IMG/VR virus record: IMGVR_UViG_3300021962_000073
Location: 13,978 to 77,977 of that record
Origin: a virus
Length of the DNA: 64,000 nucleotides
Strand: one strand, 5' to 3'
Below, piece by piece: positions 43,816 through 53,300 of the stretch. Position 1 is the stretch's first letter. Every line of letters begins with the position of its first letter. The notes under the pieces are model-generated. The model was not told the DNA's origin. It saw only the letters and a list, made by a program, of their open reading frames with translations, and searched no databases. A program made the translations under genes and the position numbers.

Positions 43816-46800
43816 ATGACAACTCTTTTCAATTACGACCCATACTATGATGACTTTGATGAAAATAAAAACTTTTTGAGAGTTTTATTTCGACCAGGTT
43901 ATTCTGTTCAGGCCAGAGAATTAACGCAGCTTCAATCAATTCTAGCTAATCAAATTGAAAAGTTTGGCAATCATATTTTCAAAAACGGAAGCCCGATTAT
44001 TGGTGGAAAAATTTCTTTAGATAGAAAAGCTAATTATATTGTTTTAGAAACTCAATACAACGGTGTTGATATAACACCAACCCAATTTTTGGATAAAACA
44101 ATTGTTTCTTTTGGTGGATCAAAATCTGTTGTTGCCAAAGTTATTGATATAGACACTTCAGGGGCAAATCCTGTTCTAATTTTAAAATATTTGAGTGGAG
44201 ATCGTTTTGCTGAAAGCGAATCTCTTCGCATTCGTGGTCAAGACATTTTTGCTACTTTAAAAAGCACCTCTGCTACTGGTGGATCCTTCGTTGCAAGTAT
44301 CCAAGAGGGAGTTTATTATTTTAAAGGGCAATTTGTAAAAGTTACTCCTCAATTTTTAGTTGTTGAAACTTATTATCGATTAGGTAATAGTTCTACGATT
44401 AATGCTAAACCGTCTTATAAAATTGGTGTTGAGTTTGAAGAAAATGTTGTTGATGAAATTGATGATGTTTCTCTTTTAGACCCAGCTCAAGGAGCATTTA
44501 ATTATCAGGCTCCAGGAGCCAATAGATTTCAGATCGTTACAAGACTTTCAAAAAGAACTATTGATTCTTCCGATATATCAACCTTTTTTGAGGTTATTCG
44601 TCTAGTTGATGATGTTAAAACGAAAGAAATAGAATACCCAGTTTATAGTGAAATAGAAAAAACATTGGCGAGAAGAACTTATGATGAATCAGGAAATTAT
44701 ACTGTTGATCCTTTTGTGATTTCTATTGAAGAAGGTGATGAAGCTAATGGAAAATTTAGTGTTGTTCTGGATCCAGGAAAAGCATATGTATCGGGGTATG
44801 AATTTCAGACAATAGCTCCAACAACATTAACGATGGACAGAGGTAGATCAGTAGCAAATGCTGCCAATTATGATCTACCTACCAACTATGAAAGTTCAGT
44901 CGTTTTAGATACTGTATTCGGTACTTTAGATATTACAACATACCCCTCTTTAGATATTCATTGTGTAACGCAAGACAAAATTAATAATACATCTCAAAAT
45001 GATTATAATGAAACTAAAATAGGAACTTTAAATGTATCAATGTTGCGTTATAATGATTCAACAGATAGAACATTAGGAAATACACACTCATTAACGGTAA
45101 ATGTTTTTAATGCAAATACTATTCCATTAATAGGCACACTACCTGCTTCAGGCTCTTCCGCAACTACTATAGCTTTACCAATAACGTTAACGCCAAATGT
45201 AGTTAATGCGTATGCTAACATGTATTTTCAAATTTCCGATGGTTTAGGAACAGTTGTATCGCCGATATTAATTACGAGTTCTAATGCATCAACAATTAAT
45301 CTTTCATCTGCATTACCTTTTATTCCTGCATCGAATACGGTTCAAATTAAAACTGACTTTAAATCTGCAAGATCGCTTGTAGCGAATAGCGGATCTGGTG
45401 TAACCTTTGCAGGCAATATAAACTCAGATTCTATAGTTCCGAGTACAGGATTTGCCTTCATTTCTGAGCCTCAAAGAACTAGCAGAATATTTGAAGTACC
45501 TTTTGCGGCAATCAAAGCAGGATCAATTTCTGATATGAGTTTTTTTGCGAGAAAGTCTTATTTGAATAAAACATCGGATGCTGGTGGAAAAATTGGTATT
45601 ACCGCCGAAGGAACAGATACCTTCACATTTTCTCCAGGAAGCGGAACAATTTCTGATAGTTTGATTACGGAAAACATTTTGTGTTTTATTAGAACTGATT
45701 CTGTTGCAAATACACAATATGGAATATACCCAGGAAAAATATTAGGTCTCGCAAACAATCTCTTCACTGTTACATCTGTTTCAACTACCAGTTTCGATAT
45801 TAATGTTGTTGTGCCTGGCGTTAAAGTGGACCTGTTTATTACCTCTAAAGTAAACAACGCTAATAATTCTACAACAGGTGCAATTAGAGGAAAACAATTA
45901 ATACCTCTTACGAGTGGCGCTAATCTTCATGCGAAAGTTCCTTTCGAAATGGGAGGGGCTAATACACTTGATGATGCAAATACAGTAACTAATACATCAT
46001 TTACTGGCGGTATAGTTTTCCAAGACATTGGAGCAACAAACTTTACCGATACTTCTATTCTTACGGATTTAAGAACACCAGGAAAAGTTGTAAGTTTGCA
46101 GGTTCCCGATATTATTGAAATTGTTAGAATTACTGATTCACAAAATGTCCAGGCCAATGTTACTACTTCGATGTTAACGAATGATTCTTATAATATAACA
46201 AATAATTATGAATTTGATACAGGGCAAAAAAAGACACATTATGACCATGCTACTATTAAATTAAAAAGAGGCGTATCTCCTCCAAGAGGTAGAGTTTTTG
46301 TTCAATACAAATATTTAAAACATCAGTCCGCACCAAGCCCCCAAAATGATGGTTTGTTTACTGTCGATTCTTATTTGAAAACAGGTTCAAATTTCACTTA
46401 TGATCAGATATTTTATTTTAATAATACTGAAGATGCGAAGATTGTTCCTTTAAGATCAGCCTTTGATTTCAGACCTACGAGAGCAATTGGTGGAACATCT
46501 TTGTCTGGTGCGGTAAATCCCGAGCCATTAGAAAATATTTCAATGGATTTTGATTATTTCCTTGGAAGAATCGATCAGATCGTAATTAAGCCATCTAGAG
46601 AATTTGCGGTTGCTCAAGGGAAGTCTGCCGTAAATCCAATACCTGCAACGGTCGGTATTGATGACATGATTCTTTATACTGTTTATATTCCTCCATATAC
46701 GGATACTGTGGAGTTAATTCGCGCAGACTTTAAGAATCATCGTAGATATACGATGAGAGATATCGACAGAATTGAAAACAGACTGAGACAACTGGAATAT

Positions 46801-49800
46801 TATGTTTCATTGAATGCTTTAGAAAAAGACACACTATCACTAAAAGTTTTGGATGCAAATGGTCTTGAGCGTTCAAAGTATGGTATTTTTGTCGATAATT
46901 TTACAACAAAAGATTTACAAGCAACGAGAGAAGAAGTTGGTTTTGATAATCGCAATTTAGTTGAAAACGGCGAATTAAAACCTGCCTCTTTAATGAGAAC
47001 AGTTAAACTTTTATCGAATACTTCTCTTACAACTGGATCAACAAAGTTTAATGGAGTTGGTGATAAGAAAGTTTTAACTTTAAATTATACTACAGCGGAA
47101 TTGGCAAGACAACAATTTGCAACTAAATCTGTTGTTGTTGCGAATGCCCTTTTTGCTAACTTTAAAGGAAAAGTTTCTTTATTTCCTGAGTTTGAAGGAA
47201 ATGTCGATACAAGTACAACTGCTAGAGTTACACTAAATTCAACACAGGGTATAAACCAAGCATTCAATGCAATTAATAGTTTGATTCAATATCAAGCATT
47301 AAATGATACTGACTGGCTAACAGATAGAAATAATCCTTTTGCTCAAATATCAAGTCAAGATTGGTTTCAGCAAAGAGTCGCAGTTTCGACAACAGAAACG
47401 CAAATAACTGATTTTAATAATGGTGTTGTGATTAATGGAAGAAGATCGGGTATATGGGAAAGTGCCACTACAACTTCAATTAATAATGTTATTGCTGCTG
47501 GAACACAAATATCTGGACAACAATTTTCAACATCAGCATCACAAGTAGATGTTGGATCGTTTGTTAGCGATTTGGCTATTCAGCCTTATATGAAGCAAAC
47601 TGGCATATTTTTCTCAGCACAACAGTTAAGACCAAATACGACATTTTATCATTTCTTTGATGATAAAAATGTCGAGGATAGCATTTATTTAGGTAATGAA
47701 GTTTTATTGACTACAACTACCGGTGGTCCAGCTTTCAATTTACCTAAATTTATACCTGGCGAAAAAATAATCATTTATGACAACGCCGGAACATTAAACC
47801 ATAAACTCGCTTCATATAGAGCTAATCCAGGAAATACAGGAATCGGCTGGGCAGCGGCTGGTTTTAGTGATTCTTCATCGAATACTGCAACAATATTTAC
47901 TCAGTATGATATGAATGGTCTTAGTTTATATGGCGTCGAATCTGGTCGCGCTTTCACAGTAACATCAGTTAATCACCGAGCTGGTTATGGTCTTGTAGTA
48001 GGAAATACAATTGTTCTTGGAGACTCCACTTCTGGAATATATGGAGGAACAACAAGAGATTCATCGAGTGTGAATAACTATTATAATGCAAATACAATTA
48101 ATATTTTGATGAGAGAGACTTCAGATCCGAATACTTGGGTCAATGAACAGTTTACTATTACTGCTTATAATGGATCCACTAGAACTGCAACTTTAAGTGG
48201 TACACCAAATAAAACAGGTAAGTTTCTGTATAGCATTGGAAAAAATAAAACGGATCGTTTCGGTCGTTTAAATGGTTATTTCTTTATGAGACCGGGAACA
48301 TTCCGTTCTGGACAGAGAAATTTTAGGGTTACAGAATCTTTCAACAATACTTATGATGCAGATTCGATATCATTTGCAGATACCATATATACATCTACAG
48401 GATTAACTGTAAGAAAAACTACTTTAGTTGATACTGTATTAAATGTCGGTATTGAAAATAGAATTCTTGGACAGTTAACGAGTGATAGAGTTCTTTCTAC
48501 AACGTCGAGAACAGAAGTCGGTGAATTTGCAGTAGATCCTTTAGCACAAACTTTCTTTGTTGATGAAGCCGTTTATCCTAATGGGTTATTTTTAGATAGC
48601 GTTGACCTCTTCTTCAGAGCCAAAGATGATGAAAATCTTCCTGTATCTGTTCAAATAAGGCCTACCGTAAACGGATCACCAAGTTCAGACTTTTGGTATC
48701 CCGAATCGGTATCTGTTTTATACCCATCAGACGTTAAAACTTCAGAGACACCTTCTCTAGGCGTTTCTTCGACTGCAACAAACTTTAAATTTTATTCGCC
48801 AGTTTATCTAAAACCTGGATTATATGCTCTAGTTATAATTACAGATTCTCCAGATTACTCTGTTTGGGTCGCTGAAAAAGGATCAACAACTAGAAATAAT
48901 GAATATGTTGCATCTCAGCCATATATGGGAACTCTGTATAAATCTCAAAATACAATGGAATACGTTCCATTTATTAATGAAGATTTGATGTTTAGAATTA
49001 ATAGATGTTCATTCTCAACATCATCTACAGCAACTTATGTTTTTGATACAGAAAAGCCAGGAACAAATATACCAAATCTTCTAACGGATCCTGGACTTTC
49101 ATTCAATGTTGATAGATTGCGTTTGTTGACCAATGAAATAACTAATTTTACCAATGATGTCGCACTTACAAACTATTCGATAATTACAACATTAGCCAAT
49201 GGATTAAAAGAAACCGAATATGAAGAAATTTCTCCGCATGAAGTTTATGAATACGGACAATCTCAAAAGTATTCTGTGGGTAATAGAAGAAGAAAACTTA
49301 CAAGTCATGGCGATTTCAAGGTAAAATTAATATTATCTACAACGACGGATCATGTTTCTCCTGTCGTTTCTTTACAACATTTATATTTGAATGTTTGGGA
49401 AAATTTTATTGACAATGCAAAAATAAGTTCTGAAGATTTTACCATAATTGATCAGGGTCGGGGATATACTAATGCTAATAGTGTAATTGTCGTTAGCTCA
49501 AGTGGAACCTCTGCTAATGTAGAGACCAAAGTTGATGTAAATGGAAATGTTCTTTCTATATACGTTGATTCTGGTGGTTCTGGTTATACAGATGATTTTA
49601 CAATATTATACCCAGTTGTCGGAAATTCAGACACAGTTTCATCAAATGCAAGTATTGTCATTAACAGCGAATTTGATGAATCTGGTGGACCTTGCGATGC
49701 TAGGTACATAACAAAACCAATTGTTTTAGCTGATGGTTTTGATGCTGGCGATCTGCGTGTTTATCTTTCTGCAAACAAACCACAAGGAACAGAAGTTCAC

Positions 49801-50091
49801 ATATATTATAAATTATTAAGTCAATTTGATTCTACAACATTTAAAGATAGACCATATCAAAAAATGACTTTAATTAATCCAAGTCCAGTTCCTTCAAAAT
49901 CGCCAACTGAGTTTACTGAATTTGAATATAGACCATCGATCACAGACAATTATGTGACTTACACATCCATTTCGGGTGTTACATATGATACGTTTAAGAC
50001 ATTTTCAATTAAAATTGTATTGACCTCTTCTGATCCTGCGGTAATACCTAGAGTGAAAGATTTGAGGGTGATTGCTCTTCCTGCGGATTAA
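43816..50091 (+). CDS. large virion structural protein (DUF4815/VrlC-like)
   Basis: PYYDDFD..K.F.RVLFRPG..VQARELTQLQS, ARRTYDESG.Y, DPLAQTF, P.VKDLRVIA. Confidence 0.85.
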   Translation: MTTLFNYDPYYDDFDENKNFLRVLFRPGYSVQARELTQLQSILANQIEKFGNHIFKNGSPIIGGKISLDRKANYIVLETQYNGVDITPTQFLDKTIVSFGGSKSVVAKVIDIDTSGANPVLILKYLSGDRFAESESLRIRGQDIFATLKSTSATGGSFVASIQEGVYYFKGQFVKVTPQFLVVETYYRLGNSSTINAKPSYKIGVEFEENVVDEIDDVSLLDPAQGAFNYQAPGANRFQIVTRLSKRTIDSSDISTFFEVIRLVDDVKTKEIEYPVYSEIEKTLARRTYDESGNYTVDPFVISIEEGDEANGKFSVVLDPGKAYVSGYEFQTIAPTTLTMDRGRSVANAANYDLPTNYESSVVLDTVFGTLDITTYPSLDIHCVTQDKINNTSQNDYNETKIGTLNVSMLRYNDSTDRTLGNTHSLTVNVFNANTIPLIGTLPASGSSATTIALPITLTPNVVNAYANMYFQISDGLGTVVSPILITSSNASTINLSSALPFIPASNTVQIKTDFKSARSLVANSGSGVTFAGNINSDSIVPSTGFAFISEPQRTSRIFEVPFAAIKAGSISDMSFFARKSYLNKTSDAGGKIGITAEGTDTFTFSPGSGTISDSLITENILCFIRTDSVANTQYGIYPGKILGLANNLFTVTSVSTTSFDINVVVPGVKVDLFITSKVNNANNSTTGAIRGKQLIPLTSGANLHAKVPFEMGGANTLDDANTVTNTSFTGGIVFQDIGATNFTDTSILTDLRTPGKVVSLQVPDIIEIVRITDSQNVQANVTTSMLTNDSYNITNNYEFDTGQKKTHYDHATIKLKRGVSPPRGRVFVQYKYLKHQSAPSPQNDGLFTVDSYLKTGSNFTYDQIFYFNNTEDAKIVPLRSAFDFRPTRAIGGTSLSGAVNPEPLENISMDFDYFLGRIDQIVIKPSREFAVAQGKSAVNPIPATVGIDDMILYTVYIPPYTDTVELIRADFKNHRRYTMRDIDRIENRLRQLEYYVSLNALEKDTLSLKVLDANGLERSKYGIFVDNFTTKDLQATREEVGFDNRNLVENGELKPASLMRTVKLLSNTSLTTGSTKFNGVGDKKVLTLNYTTAELARQQFATKSVVVANALFANFKGKVSLFPEFEGNVDTSTTARVTLNSTQGINQAFNAINSLIQYQALNDTDWLTDRNNPFAQISSQDWFQQRVAVSTTETQITDFNNGVVINGRRSGIWESATTTSINNVIAAGTQISGQQFSTSASQVDVGSFVSDLAIQPYMKQTGIFFSAQQLRPNTTFYHFFDDKNVEDSIYLGNEVLLTTTTGGPAFNLPKFIPGEKIIIYDNAGTLNHKLASYRANPGNTGIGWAAAGFSDSSSNTATIFTQYDMNGLSLYGVESGRAFTVTSVNHRAGYGLVVGNTIVLGDSTSGIYGGTTRDSSSVNNYYNANTINILMRETSDPNTWVNEQFTITAYNGSTRTATLSGTPNKTGKFLYSIGKNKTDRFGRLNGYFFMRPGTFRSGQRNFRVTESFNNTYDADSISFADTIYTSTGLTVRKTTLVDTVLNVGIENRILGQLTSDRVLSTTSRTEVGEFAVDPLAQTFFVDEAVYPNGLFLDSVDLFFRAKDDENLPVSVQIRPTVNGSPSSDFWYPESVSVLYPSDVKTSETPSLGVSSTATNFKFYSPVYLKPGLYALVIITDSPDYSVWVAEKGSTTRNNEYVASQPYMGTLYKSQNTMEYVPFINEDLMFRINRCSFSTSSTATYVFDTEKPGTNIPNLLTDPGLSFNVDRLRLLTNEITNFTNDVALTNYSIITTLANGLKETEYEEISPHEVYEYGQSQKYSVGNRRRKLTSHGDFKVKLILSTTTDHVSPVVSLQHLYLNVWENFIDNAKISSEDFTIIDQGRGYTNANSVIVVSSSGTSANVETKVDVNGNVLSIYVDSGGSGYTDDFTILYPVVGNSDTVSSNASIVINSEFDESGGPCDARYITKPIVLADGFDAGDLRVYLSANKPQGTEVHIYYKLLSQFDSTTFKDRPYQKMTLINPSPVPSKSPTEFTEFEYRPSITDNYVTYTSISGVTYDTFKTFSIKIVLTSSDPAVIPRVKDLRVIALPAD

Positions 50092-50094
50092 TTT

Positions 50095-50328
50095 ATGAAA
50101 GTAAAAGTTGAAGGTACAAATTTCGTAAAAGACATGAATACCGGCGCCCTTTTGATGACATCTAAGAGTGCTATTTTAGAAAATGAGGCTAGAAAAAAGA
50201 TGGCGGAAAAACTTAAGGGTAAGGATCAAGAGATAAATAACCTTAAAATGAAGGTTGACGATCTTTCTTCCGATATGAAAGAGATAAAAGACTTACTAAA
50301 CTCATTGCTGAAACAGAGTAAAGAATAA
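50095..50328 (+). CDS. small coiled-coil hypothetical protein
   Basis: KVEG...VKD..TGA...EI..LK..V...EIK.LL; follows the VrlC-like gene. Confidence 0.75.
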   Translation: MKVKVEGTNFVKDMNTGALLMTSKSAILENEARKKMAEKLKGKDQEINNLKMKVDDLSSDMKEIKDLLNSLLKQSKE

Positions 50329-53300
50329 TGCCTATACAAAATATTACTAGAGTAAACACAGTTGATGAATGGAGAATTCAGACCAATCAATCAGCTAATG
50401 CTGTTAATCAATTAGAAACCGGCAATTTTAATAAAATTTCTGGTACTTTAATAGTATCGAATACCGCCACCTTAGCGATAACCGCAGAAGGTACTCCATT
50501 AACGGTATCAAATACTGCTCTTTTCTCTTCTAATATCACAGTAGGTAGAAATATATCGCTAGGCTCGGAAGGATCGGCAACAGGTAACTTGACTGTTGGT
50601 GCTAATGTTTTCATTTATGGTCGTGGAACAGCACTATATGTTGCAAACAATGTGACCGTAAATAATGATTTACAAGTTACTCAAACGTTAACAACCAATA
50701 ATATTACAACAAATACAAATGTAACTGTTTCTGGCACTACACAATCAGGCAACTTAATTGTTGATAGTATCGCCGTCATAACAGGTAATACTACAGCAGG
50801 AAATTTAACTACAGCAAATGCAACTTCAACAGGTTCTTTAAGAGTTAATGACACGACAGAAACGACATCAAATATTTCTGGAGCCGCTTTTGTTGCTGGC
50901 GGTGTAGGTGTTTCTAAATCTGCATTCATTTCCGGTAATGTCACAGTAAAAGGTGATGCTCAAAGTACCGTAAATAGTAAAGTTTCTTTATTGCTTGGTG
51001 ATTTAGTTGCGAATTCCGCAGGTAACCTTTACATCTATGCCGCAAACACCGCAAACGGTGGTGCAAATGGTTCCTTGACTTTACAGGGTAATGGAACAAT
51101 AACTGGAAATCTAGCAGTAGGAAGTGGACTAGTTTCTACGAGTAAGACCACAGGTGCAATTGTTGTTACTGGCGGTCTTGGAGTTTCTGCCAATATTCAT
51201 GTCACAGACTTAAATGCTACAAATTCAGTTGTAGCCGATAATGCTAGAATCACTGCTAACACAACTGGTGCTCATTTTGTTGCATCTGGTTCTGTTGTAG
51301 CCGATAATGCTAGAATCACTGCTAACACAACCGGTGCTCATTTTGTTGCTTCAGAATCTATCGTATCGAATAGTTCCAGAGTTACAGCAAATTCTACAGC
51401 AGCACATTTTGTTGCTTCAACATCAGCGGTTGCTCCAAGTGGTAGATTTACATCAACAACAGAAACGACATCCAATACTGTCGGAGCAATCATAACTTCT
51501 GGCGGTTTGGGTGTTTCCAAGTCTGCTTTTATTTCTGGTAATGTCACAGTAAAAGGTGATGCTTCTGGTGCTGTAAACAATACAGTTTCTATTGTACTTG
51601 GAGATTCTTCTTTAACTACCAATAGCGCAGGCAATTTAGTTATTAATGCCGCAAATACTGCGAATGGTGGAGCCAATGGTTCATTGTCATTATATGGAAA
51701 TGGTACAATCACTGGAAATTTAACTGTCGGAAGTGGACTAGAATCCACTAGCAAAACATCTGTAGGCGCATTAAAAATTAATGGTGGTTTAGCCGTCAGT
51801 TCGAACATTCATGGTAATGCTTTATATGATAATGGAAATAGAGTTGCAAGAACCGCATCCGCAACTGCTCCGATTTCCACAACACTGAATGCTGCTACTG
51901 GTGCTTTGGCAATTTCTCACGATTCCTCTGGAGTCACCGCAGCCACACACGGAACTTCAATACAAATACCAGTAATTATAATAAATTCTACGGGACATAT
52001 TACAAGTGTTACGAATACAACAATACGTTCAGCATCAACTACTCAAACAGGCGTTACGCAATTAGAAGACACATTGGGAGGAACAAGTACAACTTTAGCT
52101 CCTACGGTTAATCATGTAACTACCGCAAACACTAACCTTAAAAACTACGTTGATACGGCCAATACCAATCTCAAGAATTACGTTGATACGGCCAACACAA
52201 ATCTTAAAAACTACGTTGATACGGCCAATACCAATCTCAAGAATTACGTTGATACGGCCAACACAAATCTTAAACTTTATACCGACAATCTAGTAACTAC
52301 GGCCAACACTAACCTTAAAAACTACGTTGATACGGCTAATACGAATCTTAAAAACTACGTTGATACGGCTAATACGGATCTTAAAAACTACGTTGATACG
52401 GCTAATACGAATCTTAAACTTTATACCGACAATCTAGTAACTACAGCCAATACTAATCTCAAGAATTATGTTGATACGGCCAATACGAATCTTAAGAATT
52501 ATACCGACAATCTAGTAACTACTGCCAATACCAATCTCAAGAATTATGTTGATACGGCTAACACAAATCTTAAGAATTATGTTGATACAGCAAATACCAA
52601 TCTTAAAAATTATGCCGATAATCTAGTAACTACCGCTAATACTAACCTTAAGAATTATACTGATACTCTAGTAACTACTGCTAATACTAACTTAAAAAAT
52701 TACTCAGATTCGACATTTGTAAAACTTAGCTCCGCTTCTTCTCAAACCATCGCAAGTCCAATTAGTATAACCGGCGCAACTACAATAGCTTCTGCCTCTA
52801 TCACTGGTGGTTTAACTGTTGGTGGAGATTTTACTGTTACTGGAGCATCACTGATCGATACAAATCGAATCAAATTGATGGCCGTAACTAAACAGGCAAT
52901 AGGCTCAGGTTATGATTACATAACAGTTAATAGAGCAAATACACCTGTTTCACTAGTAGCCTTGAATGGCACTACTGATATCATCACAATGAACGGGCAC
53001 GGTTTTACTAATGGTCAAAATGTTAGAATTACATCACTTAGCACTGGCATAACTGGTTTAGCGAATGGTACAACATATAGAATTACTACAGTTGATACTA
53101 ATTCATTTAAAGTTTCTACTGTTGCTGGTTATCCTACTCTAGTTAATTTCAGCGGAACAGGTAATGCCGCAGTTCAAGATTTAGATAATGTTGATGCAGA
53201 TATTCGTTGGGATGAAATCAATAAAAAATGGCAACTAAGAGATACTAATAACTTAAATGATACAACGGCTTATAGTAATATTTTAACAGCAAACTTAATA

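Noticed and set aside
52121-52709. 33-bp repeats as a CRISPR array
   Set aside because: No unique spacers; the repeats are in-frame coding units varying at synonymous positions, and no cas operon is present. The Cas4-like exonuclease is a usual T4-like gene.
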